A stretch of 18,725 nt of DNA, taken from NCBI GenBank assembly GCA_000388065.2, contig KB932204.1; one strand, given 5' to 3'. Shown one piece after another: positions 1 to 9,717 of the stretch. This stretch comes from Fonticula alba ATCC 38817. Its lineage: Eukaryota > Protista > Nucleariida. The first letter of the stretch is position 1. Each line of letters starts with the position of its first letter. The notes beneath the pieces were generated by a model. The model did not search any database. It had not been told where the DNA came from and worked only from the letters and a program-made list of their open reading frames with translations. The translations under genes and the position numbers were made by a program.

Positions 1-31
1 CCCCCCCCCCCTCCTGCCCGGCCCTGGCCAG

Positions 32-2115
32 ATCGCCGTGCAGGGCTGCCTTCACGGGGAGCTCCGGCGTGTGTATGACTCCATCGCCCTGGCGGAGAAG
101 CTCAACAATGTGAAGGTCGACTTGCTCATCATCTCCGGCGACTTTCAGGCCATGCGCCACTCGAATGACCTGGACACGCTGCAGGTTCCCCCCAAGTACA
201 AGGTGCTCGGAGACTTCCCGGACTACTACTCCGGCCGGGTGGTCGCCCCCATCCCCACCCTTTTCATTGGCGGCAACCACGAGGCCAGTGGATATATGCG
301 TGAGCTGTGCGTCTCCCCTCCGCCTTCCTTTCCGCGCTCCCTGCCCAGCTGTCTCCGACTGTCCTATGCATGTTGCCGGGCCTCGGGCCCCGCGGCGAGC
401 TGACCTCCCTCCTCTCCCCCGCCCCGCTCGCCGCATGCACCCCATGCCGCCAGCATCACTGGTGGCTTCGCCGCGGAGAACATCTACTTCATGGGCAGCA
501 GCGGGGTCATCCGGTTCGGGCCGCTGCGCATTGCCGGCTTGTCCGGCATCTTCAAGCCGCAATCCTTCCAGATGGGCCACATCCACCAGCCGCCCTACTC
601 GCCAGGAACCATTCGCTCGGCATACCATGTCCGGCGGGTGGACATGGCCCGGCTGGCGCTGCTCCAGCACCCGGTCCTGCCCGGAGCGGCGCCTCCTGTG
701 AATGTATTCCTGTCGCACGATTGGCCGGTCGGCATCACGGACTTCGGTGACTGCCGGCGTCTGATTCGCTCGAAGCCCTACTTCGAGGAGGACATTCGCA
801 ACCGCGAGCTGGGGAATCCCCTGTCCATGGACATGCTCCTGAGGCCCTTGCGGCCGCACTATTGGTTCAGTGCGCACCTGCACGTCAAGTTTGCGGCCCT
901 TGTGCCGCACAGCCCGGCCCCCGGCCCGGCCGAGCCCCCGGCAAAGCGCCCGCGCACGGGCGACCATACGCCACTCGGGGACGCCACCGGGGCTGAGGCC
1001 TCTGCCGGGTGTGAGGCCGCCGATCAGGCGGCGGGTCCCGCCATCGTCCCAGAATCCAAGGTTGCTTTGGCCTGCACGCGCTTCCTGGCCCTGGACAAGT
1101 GCCATCCTCGAGGGCACTTCATCCAATTGGTCCCACTGAACCTTGGCGAGACAGTGCCCGGCCCAGCAGGCGAGGACGGCCCGGCCTCGACCCCTCGGCC
1201 GGCCTATCGCTTCGAGTACGACGACGAGTGGCTGCTCATCATGCGCCGGACAAATGCCGCTCTTTTCGGGGCGCTCTTTACGGAGGCTCACCAGGAGCGT
1301 CTTCTCCGGCAGCAGGCGCTTCTGGCCGAGGCGTGGAAAACCGGCGAGGGCCCATATGCCGAGCATGTGGCCCTCGAGCGGCAGTGGCTGGCCGATCTGC
1401 ACGCCAAGCACGCCACGAATGACGGCACTGGCTGGGGCGGTATCCCGGTTCTCCCCTTCGAGCCCAGTCTCTCCGACGGTACGCCCATCACCACGGTCTG
1501 GGCTGGTCATTCTTCACGCGCGAGCACCCTCCATGGTTGGCCTACGCATTGGCCTCGATGACTAAGCGCCTCTCCTTTCTTTCTCTCCTCCCTCCCCTTT
1601 CCCCTTTGTCAGCCCTGCCCACCAGTAATCCGCAATCCTCGAAGCTCAGTCAGATGCTCGGCCTGGAGGACTTCCTCCGGCACAGTGCCGAGACCAGGGC
1701 TTGCTCCGTGCGCGACTGGCAACAGCGCACCTTCCTCGACTGGTCGGAGGCCGACGAGATGGCTGTCGCCGCCAGTGCGGCTGCCCCTCCGACCGACGCC
1801 GCATCCCCCCTGTCCGACAGTGGGGCGGAGGCCTCGGTCAATTTGGATGCTATTGATCTCGACGATGAGGACGATGATTGGACTCCCTCGGCCGACGGGG
1901 GACAGGGCCCGTCGCAGCCGATCTGCACGGCCAACCCGGATGCGATTGACCTTGATGACGACGATGATGCTGATGATGCTGATGTCGATGGTGATAGCGG
2001 TGCCGCCATCCAGGAAAGTGCGGGGCAGAGTGCCGAAGCGCCGCTGGCCCAAGATCACAGCTCTGCCATCAATCCGGACGCCATCGACCTGGACGAGGAG
2101 GACTTGGCAGATTAG
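32..2115 (+). CDS. DBR1: RNA lariat debranching enzyme (metallophosphoesterase), 5'-partial; exons 32-306, 454-1478, 1613-2115 (600 codons plus stop; start codon lies upstream of the window)
   Basis: Dbr1 motifs in order: IAVQGCLHG, ISGDFQA, FIGGNHEAS, GGFAAENIYFMG, RIAGLSGIF, RSAYHVR, FLSHDWP, RPHYWFSAHLH, TRFLALDKC, EYDDEWL, NPQS..LSQMLGL, then an acidic tail. Introns 307-453 (GTGCGT..CAG, phase 2) and 1479-1612 (GTACGC..CAG, phase 1) join the three frames cleanly; the acceptor at 30-31 follows a C-rich tract. Confidence 0.95.
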
Positions 2116-2173
2116 CTGCCATCTGTTGGCTGAAATAGAGTGCGCCGTGTCTGGACAATGTATATTTGGGATG

Positions 2174-2179
2174 TTTATT
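2174..2179 (-). terminator. Candidate AATAAA polyadenylation signal for the SPPL gene, in an AT-rich patch between two convergent genes
   Basis: TTTATT on + at 2174-2179, about 80 nt past the SPPL stop codon, inside the only AT-rich stretch nearby. Confidence 0.45.
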
Positions 2180-2259
2180 TGTTTGGTAATTTGGTCAAAA
2201 GCCGAAGAGGAGTGAGGGAGGGGGGGAGGGAGGGGGAGGAGGGGGGCAAAGGGGTTGGG

Positions 2260-3256
2260 TCAATTCTCATCGTGCTCGGGGAGGGTGTCACCGGGGACTG
2301 ACACGGACGCCGCCGGCAGCGTGGCCTCGATATCCTCAATCAGAGTCGCAGCGGGCACAGGGGGGTATTCCAGTGCCGGGGACAGGTCATCATCCATGTT
2401 GGCCGTCGACTCGGGGAAGTTGCCATACCAAATCTGAAAATACAAGGGTTAGTCGAAAGAGTGGGGCGACAGAGAGCGAGAGAGAGAGAGAGAGGAAGAA
2501 GGAAAGGGCACAGAATGGGAAAGGAAGGGGATGCGTACGTTTTGGAAATTCAGCTTCCCGCGGTAGCGAGCCGCAAAGCAGATGTAGGCCAGGACAAAGG
2601 GTGCCAGGTAGAGTAGTGCCGGCTGACCGCGCTCGGAGATGGCCATGCTGAGCAGAGTGACAATCAGGCCTGGAAAGAGTAGAAAGCCGTGGGTGGGTGT
2701 CAGCCAGGCGAGGCGGCACAGAGGAGAGGGGGGGGGGTGTAGGGGACGCACCGGTGGTGTAGCCGTTCATGGCCATGGAGAAATGCCAGCGCGGCCGGGG
2801 CGGGTTCGAAGCAAGCGCGGAAACCACGGTGCCGGGGGGGCCATAGAAGAGCGAGTCGTCAAACACCCCGGCCAAGATCATGGCAATGCCGGGGAGGAAG
2901 ACGTCACCAAACCCGAGGATGGCGAAGCTGGGCTTCGGGGGGTTCCAGAGAGCCGGCTCGATGCTGTTCAGGAAGTAGGGAAGCTTGAAGACCATGGGGA
3001 TCTGCGCGCAGGCGAGCATGTCCACAGACCGGAGTTAGAGCGGGCAAGGGGGAGAAGGAGAGAGGGAGAGAGATAAGGTGGAACGGACCTCCTCGCCGTT
3101 GTAGCTGTTTTGCACCACAGACAGCATGATATCCGTGCCGAACACGAAGAAGATATCATAGAAGAACGCCGCGCCAAGCAGCAGAGCACCAGTCTGCAGC
3201 AGGTGAGGACAAAGGGGGAGGGGTTGGGAAGACAAGGGTCAGCGGGGAAGACATGC

Positions 3257-3291
<35 letters not shown>

Positions 3292-4350
3292 GGAGGGCAG
3301 GGGGACGGGCGAGCGCAACAAAGGAGCAGCCCCAAGGGCGGGTCAAAGGTGGGAATGGCGCATACCCAGAGAGCGCGAATGCGGACAGCCTGCATGGCGG
3401 TGGCGCAAATGGCCGCTCCGAGGATGTTCTGGAAGATCCAGGACACGCTCGGGTCCTTGCGAACCAGCAGCCAGGTCAGGGCAATCGAGAAGCTAACCAG
3501 GAAGATGAAGGTCCGGAGGAAGGTAAAGTCGAAGGCGATGGAATCCATCATTCGGGTGATCACCGCCGGACAGGGAACCTTCTTGGAGTTGTTGAGCCAG
3601 GCACTGCAGGGTTCCGGTGCCGGTGCCGGTGCCGGTGCCGGTGCCGGTGCCGGTGCCGGTGCCGGGGCAGGGCATGACAAAGTGTCAGTCGGAGCAGGTC
3701 GGCGAGAGGGAGGCGGCGAAGTTGAGGCATGGGTGCGCGTGCGGACCGGGTGGTTTCATAGGACTCGAGAACGGCCACCACACAGGAGTCGAGGCCCTTC
3801 CAACCGGCGATGAAGAAAATCGTGAGCATGAAGTAGACTATGCCACCGGAAGGGAGCCGAGGAGCCGAGAGGGGAGGTTAGGGCTGGCCCAAAGGCGTTG
3901 CCATCGGGGCCGGAGGGAGAAAGGACCCGACGTACTGATCACCGAGGGGAAGAAGTACAGCACCAGCAGGGTGATCACCATCTGGACCAGGATCACCAGC
4001 ACCAGCCAAGCATTCAGGTACTGAGGTTGAACATCGACCGCAGGCTCGGCGGTCGGGGAGCCCACGGTCGAGCGGCTGGGCTGGGCCGCCTGCATTCGGC
4101 CAGCGGCAGAGGGTCACTAACAGGACAAGGGGACTGGCCGGTATGGCAGAGATGGAGCAACGGAGGGGGGGGGGGGGGGGGGAAGAACAGGGAGAGGGNN
4201 NNNNNNNNNNNNNNNNNNNNNNNNNNNNNNNNNNNNNNNNNNNNNNNNNNNNNNNNNNNNNNNNNNNNNNNNNNNNNNNNNNNNNNNNNNNNNNNNNNNN
4301 NNNNNNNNNNNNNNNNNNNNNNNNNNNNNNNNNNNNNNNGAGATGGAGCA

Positions 4351-4446
<96 letters not shown>

Positions 4447-5312
4447 GAGAGACAGAGAGAGAGGGAGAGAGATCAAAACCAATCTCCCAAAGAGAGCCAC
4501 ACGTACCTTGGGGAAGTTGAGCTGCGTGGACCAGCGCGATGAGATCAGGATCAACAGCGACACCAGGATGACCATCAGCACGAAGGAGAGGTCCAATCGC
4601 GGCGAGGTGGTCAGGGCCGTGGTGACCGAAATGCTGAATGCCTGGATGGTGGAGTCATCCGCGTTGCCGGGATCATTGAAGTAGTCCGGTGTGGGCCGGA
4701 TCAAGCCCTCCAGGCGCCGATAGGTGTCTGGGGCACGGACGGGGGGTTGGTCTTCGACAGCCGGAGGGGAGCAAATGGATGGCAGAAGGGGGAAGGGGGA
4801 AAAGGGGTGGAGGTGCGCGGCGCACCCTTGTCGACGAAGGACACCGGGGGCCAGAGATGGCCATCCGGGGTGCCATACTCGGCCAATTGCAGGGTGTGGT
4901 TGTAGACCAGAACCACGGCAGCCGGGGCGAAGCTTCGGATGTTCTTCAGCTGCTGGTCGGCCGAGCAGGCCAGCGACGCATTTTGGTGAGACAGGACGAT
5001 GGCCCCGGTCAGGGCATCCTTGTTCTTGGGGATGCCCCCCTTGCACAAGTCCTCGATGTCGGGCGAAACTTTCCCCAGGACCGAGGGGCCGGGGAAGGAC
5101 GGGCAAACGGCCAAGTCAGACCCCACATCGAGCCAAGCACATGGGCCATGGGAGGAACGCACCGAGCGGCGCGCGTAGCGGCGTGTCCGGCAGCGGGTAC
5201 GGGATGCGCGATCGGCCGTCGGGAGCGACGGCAGTCCAACAGGATTGCGAAAGCCCCTGCGAAGGAACCTTGATAAAGCCGAGATCTGGGGCACCACAGG
5301 GGCAAGGGGGCA

Positions 5313-5345
<33 letters not shown>

Positions 5346-5638
5346 AGGGGGGAGGGGGGGAGAGAGGAGAGGACAACGGAGGGGGGGGAGGGGGTTGTGG
5401 ACGACGGTGAGTGCGGGGCATGGCCCGGCATGCGCATGCAGGTGGGGGTGTCGGCGTGCGCACCGGAATTGACGCGCCGGGGACTGAAGGCGCCCCAGAA
5501 CATGATGCTAATCCCGGCAATCAGGGTGATGAGCGTGGCCAAGCGGAAGATCAGCGGCTCGCGACGGATGCTACGGGTAGTCGGCCGGTGGTAGCCCTCC
5601 GAGCCGCCCCTGAAGAGTCCGAAGCATTTTTCCAGCAT
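2260..5638 (-). CDS. Signal peptide peptidase-like intramembrane aspartyl protease (peptidase A22B) with N-terminal PA domain, SPPL2-type architecture; exons 5638-5464, 5285-5163, 5068-4826, 4727-4507, 4089-3936, 3837-3747, 3603-3366, 3193-3089, 3001-2752, 2669-2539, 2433-2260 (1905 nt, 634 aa)
   Basis: Catalytic motifs FFYDIFFVFG, ILGFGDVFLPG and GQPALLYL are intact, with multiple hydrophobic TM segments and a PA-like segment (DLCKGG..GAIVLSHQNASLAC..QQLKNIRSFAPAAVVLVYN). All 10 introns are GT-AG and phase-consistent. The start Met (gccATG at 5638) is the least certain part. Confidence 0.92.
3614..3665. repeat. (CCGGTG)n hexamer microsatellite, about 8.5 copies, inside SPPL intron 3604-3746
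   Basis: Read directly from the sequence; it produces the spurious RHRHRH/PAPAPA/GTGTGT ORF translations. Confidence 0.95.
4149..4445. other. Assembly gap (N 4199-4339) flanked by a duplicated GAGATGGAGCAACGGAG+poly-G segment and a 90-nt G run, inside SPPL intron 4090-4506
   Basis: The same 17-mer plus G run occurs at 4149 and again at 4340, immediately after the gap; G run 4356-4445. Confidence 0.9.
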
Positions 5639-6177
5639 GGCTCTCAAAAGGAGAGACGGGGAAACAGGGGGAGCGAGAGAGAGAGAGAGAGAGAGAGAAG
5701 GGGGCGGAGACGGAGACGGAGGGGAAGGGACGGAAGGAAAGGCACCCAGCTGCTCGAGGGAGAACCAGCAGGAGGCAGAGAAGAGGTAGCGGGGGGCCAG
5801 AAGCGAGGAGGAGGGGCAGAGGGAGGGGCTTGGCGTGCGTCGTCCAGTTTCGCGCGCGATGGGTGCTCGAAAGTCGCCGGCGCCCGCCCAGAACGGCCGT
5901 GAATCTCGATCGCTCTCGTGACAGAGGCGCCGGCTTCCCAGCGCCCCTCTGCCCTTGGGGAAGCTCCCTTCACCCCGGGAGAGAGCAGAGGAACTTGCGG
6001 GGGGGGGGGGGGGGGTGAGCCAGCGGTAATTCCCCGGGCCGAAGATGACCCACCGCCCAGTGGAGCGAGGAGACCAACGGAACTGTCCCCCCCCCCCTTC
6101 CCCCGGGTGAAAAGCGACCGGCCACGATCGGGGAAGAGCCGGTGGCGGCCCCCCCCCCCCCCCGCTGGCCGCGGAAG

Positions 6178-6577
6178 ATGTCATCTTCCTCACTCCGGAG
6201 CATGGACCCTGGGGACTCGGCAGGCGCAGGGAACACGCAGACGCGCCCGCATGCCACCCCCGGACGCCTGCGTCGGCGCCCCTTTTCTCAAACGGGACAC
6301 TCACCCGCGCAGCATCATCGGCCGTGGAGCAATCACACAAACACTCAGGGGGGGCACCCTGGACCCGGAGAAACAGGGCTTCGCTGAGCCTGCCGAGACA
6401 CGGGCAATGGAGGAGAGCCGGTATGTAATTGGGCGCCGTCTCTCGCTTGCCGATTCCCCCCCCCTTCCAGCCGAAGCGCCGGCCAGGATGAGTGTGGAAG
6501 ATCTCTCGGCGGCCGAGGGGAAGATCACGATCCGGACGCTCGCCCGTGACTCTGAAGAGGAAGAGGACGTGGTCTGA
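6178..6577 (+). CDS. Possible small spliced hypothetical ORF divergent from SPPL (exons to 6420 and 6471-6577; 5' end unresolved)
   Basis: The frame is open from 6111 to 6420. Intron 6421-6470 (GTATGT..CCCCTTCCAG, phase 1) joins it in frame to AEAPARMSVEDLSAAEGKITIRTLARDSEEEEDVV*. No recognisable homology and no clean start codon. Confidence 0.3.
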
Positions 6578-6626
6578 TCTCGAGTGATCTGACTCATTGG
6601 ACATGATCCCGTGAGGCATATGGAGG

Positions 6627-7172
6627 TGTAGCAGGGTTCACACGGGTTAAGCCTAAGTCAAGTGAGTGAGGCTTGACGAAGGGTACCAGTGTGATCTGCC
6701 ACCTGGTTAGTAACCTCTTGGCATGAAGGAAGGGACATACCAACCAGCGGTTCACGGTCGTCTGTTACCAGATGAGTCAGTAACTCGGCTTGAGACGAGT
6801 TAGTGGCAAGCGAAAATAGAAAGGAACTCGGATGTTAAAAAGGGTTCGAGAGGAAGCCTTAGAACAGGTGTTCGTCGGCCTAACTGGTGCTTCGGCTATA
6901 CTTCCGTATACTCTTCGACACACAGCTGCTAAGGCTTTCGCTCTCAGGAGGCTCTCAACGAGAGTCCCCCTTTTTGACCTTTGGGCTCGGTCAGGGGTTG
7001 GAACTGAGAACCCCGCGGCTGGGCCCGCCCACCCGCGTATCTCCGTCCTCGGTCGAGCGTTTATGCCGCTCGGCCTCGGCGGCCACCTGGCTGTTGTTCT
7101 ACCCCGCATTCCTCTCCGAGGAATGCTGTTCTGGGATGCTATCATTCCCACGATGTAACACGTGTGGCAATT
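6627..7172. repeat. 546-bp unit, copy 1 (direct repeat of 7183-7728)
   Basis: Same sequence as 7183-7728 at offset 556; no differences seen by eye and the ORF translations are identical. Separated by 10 Ns (7173-7182). Confidence 0.95.
6832..7158 (+). mobile_element. 108-aa ORF with a tyrosine-recombinase box II-like segment; possible degenerate YR-element remnant (second copy 7388-7714)
   Basis: VGLTGASAILPYTLRHTAAKAFALRRLSTRVPLFDLWARSG resembles the integrase pattern aGl..pHtLRHt.A..l..Gvpl..v..lG. The first His is replaced by Tyr, no in-frame catalytic Tyr follows, and the frame is closed by TAG at 6817-6819. Confidence 0.35.
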
Positions 7173-7182
7173 NNNNNNNNNN

Positions 7183-7728
7183 TGTAGCAGGGTTCACACG
7201 GGTTAAGCCTAAGTCAAGTGAGTGAGGCTTGACGAAGGGTACCAGTGTGATCTGCCACCTGGTTAGTAACCTCTTGGCATGAAGGAAGGGACATACCAAC
7301 CAGCGGTTCACGGTCGTCTGTTACCAGATGAGTCAGTAACTCGGCTTGAGACGAGTTAGTGGCAAGCGAAAATAGAAAGGAACTCGGATGTTAAAAAGGG
7401 TTCGAGAGGAAGCCTTAGAACAGGTGTTCGTCGGCCTAACTGGTGCTTCGGCTATACTTCCGTATACTCTTCGACACACAGCTGCTAAGGCTTTCGCTCT
7501 CAGGAGGCTCTCAACGAGAGTCCCCCTTTTTGACCTTTGGGCTCGGTCAGGGGTTGGAACTGAGAACCCCGCGGCTGGGCCCGCCCACCCGCGTATCTCC
7601 GTCCTCGGTCGAGCGTTTATGCCGCTCGGCCTCGGCGGCCACCTGGCTGTTGTTCTACCCCGCATTCCTCTCCGAGGAATGCTGTTCTGGGATGCTATCA
7701 TTCCCACGATGTAACACGTGTGGCAATT
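7183..7728. repeat. 546-bp unit, copy 2
   Basis: Starts exactly at the first base after the N gap (TGTAGCAGG) and repeats 6627-7172. Confidence 0.95.
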
Positions 7729-7998
7729 CACTCACGTGTTGCTTCATCTATCGTTTACATGGGGATTCCACTACAGGAGGTTGGATCTGGCACGGTCGTC
7801 CGTCTCCCTCGCCCGACTTTTAGTCGCGCGACAAAGGGCACATTTTCCTCCGCAGCACGTGGCAGGGCGCGTCGAGAGTCTGTCACCGTCGGCCAGACGC
7901 ACCACGCGAATATCCCCGGGCCCTGGCGCACCGCGAACGCGTTATCACTTCGGCGTGCATGTCGAGAAAGCCGCGGCCTTCGGGATCAGGCAGAACGA

Positions 7999-8004
<6 letters not shown>

Positions 8005-8064
<60 letters not shown>
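8005..8064. repeat. (AG)30 microsatellite
   Basis: Read directly from the sequence. Confidence 0.97.
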
Positions 8065-8070
<6 letters not shown>

Positions 8071-8143
8071 CAAGCCGGTCTTATGTCAGAGGGCCGCTCT
8101 GGGCGAGGTGCCAACCGAGCATCGACATGCGCCTGACGGCCCT

Positions 8144-8165
8144 CACACACACACACACACACACA
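8144..8165. repeat. (CA)11 microsatellite
   Basis: Read directly from the sequence. Confidence 0.95.
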
Positions 8166-9717
8166 CTAGCGCGGAGCGTGGCCGGACGGGGGCGCCCTTG
8201 TGTCGTCCGTGGAAAATGACTCATGCCGGGGTGTGGCGTGGACGATTTTCGGAAAACCCAAGCCCCGAGAGAAATCCTTCGAATATTAGCGCCCCCGGGA
8301 CAATGGATAGACCTCCTTCTGACTAACGCATGTCAGTGTGCGAGTGCGGGGCGCTTTCCTCGTAATGCTCCTGGGGCGTGGGCAAATCCTTCTGGATACG
8401 GGGTGGTGTGGGAGCGGAAATCACCGCGAGACACCCTTGGAGCACGGCCATGTCACACCAGTGACCAGGGAAGGCCAGGGTCGAGAGGCCGTCGTCTTCC
8501 GCGCCCATTTGCCAACTCAGTTGTCGAAGGGCGGCACAAAAGAAAGAGTCATGATGCGGGCCCGCGCGAGGCCCCCTCACTCTCGAGGGCCCACAGGTAC
8601 AGGGTGGTGTCCCCCCCCCCCTCTTTTGGCGGCCAGCCTCTTCCGCAAAGCATTCAGTCCCCCCTCAGGGCGCCGGGCGCCTGGTCCCTGTCCTGCTCAG
8701 CTTACTCTGGGGCATCCCGGAAGCGACCCTCGCCGGCTGCTGGTGCCAATGCCGCGGGGGAGCGGAACACACTGGCCTCTCAGTCCCCGCGCCCCTGGCC
8801 CCCTTCCGGTCGACGCGGGCCATGTTCCCAGGCAGACAGGTGTAACAAGCGCAGCAGGCATGCCCTCCTCGGATCGTCCTCTGTGCGGGGAAACCCGTCG
8901 GCCGCTGGTCTTCGGGCGCGCAGCCCCTGTTGGAAAAAATGCCCTGGAGACATGCTGGGCCCTCCTCCGCGTGAGAGAGGAAAATCCCCCGGGACCCACG
9001 CACAGGGGGTTGTTCCCCGATCGGCCTTTCTCCGGCAGCCAGGAGCGCTCACCCACAAATGCCAAATGACCATCCGCCCAGAGTTCTGGCCCCTCCTTCC
9101 GTTCTCCCCTCTCGCCCGGGGAGGGGGTCGCCGATCCGAAGACGTGCTGCCATGGTCTGTTGGAGTAATTTAGAATGTTGCGAACAGGCCTCCAAAGAAG
9201 TGGGATAATAAAATAGTGGAATTACGAAGCCACCAAGACAAATGGCTCAACACATCATGATTCTACTGACGGTAGCCCGCCATCCTCGGCCGACCAAGCG
9301 GGATGCGGCCGTGGTCCGGACGTGAACTTCCAACGCGGGAACCCCGACATAGTCCCAGCCCCTTGAATCGAAATGCATGCGCCCCGCCAATGTCGGGGCA
9401 CCTGGGACCTGGTGGTGTACTTTCCCCTTTCCCACACCCAGGAAAGCGGGTTGTGGCACAACCGCGGCCCCGCCCTTCGAGGGCATGTCTTTCTGCTGGC
9501 AGCCATGGGGACGTGTGACCCATGGCATCGCCGGCCGAAATCACGGGGTATCCATGTGGAATGTGACTACTCAATACAGTTTGCCCTGCGAGCGGGTTGT
9601 CCCCCCCCCGTTCAATAGGGCAGTAGTAGGGTGATGGCGAAAAAAAGGGCTAGGTTGAATGGCTTTTGGTTGGTGAAAACACCGCACCGACGCGCGGGTC
9701 GCGGGCTGTGGCGAAAA

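Noticed and set aside
3614-3665. Short tandem repeats as a CRISPR-like array (also 13255-13287 and 14154-14198)
   Set aside because: These are simple hexamer microsatellites without spacers, in a eukaryotic intron or coding context.
4356-4445. 90-nt poly-G as a G-quadruplex element or poly-Gly/Pro coding region
   Set aside because: It is intronic, adjacent to a gap and in a duplicated flank; its length is unreliable.
5009-6619. 536-aa minus-strand ORF as a single protein or N-terminal extension of SPPL
   Set aside because: Only 5638-5464 looks coding; the rest runs through (CT)n, poly-C and poly-G tracts and has no domain-like character.
6818-6831. AAGGAACTCGG resembling a conserved LSU rRNA stretch, or a group I/II intron in the repeated unit
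   Set aside because: The similarity does not extend, and no P/Q/R/S elements or domain V motif were found.
8338-8420. ILLDTG resembling a retropepsin active site
   Set aside because: Trp follows DTG, there is no downstream flap or GxD/N motif, and no gag/RT/integrase neighbours; likely chance.
9247-9574. Short minus-strand ORFs downstream of the mei2-like gene as a small gene
   Set aside because: No recognisable domain, three overlapping frames are equally open, and there are no convincing splice signals.
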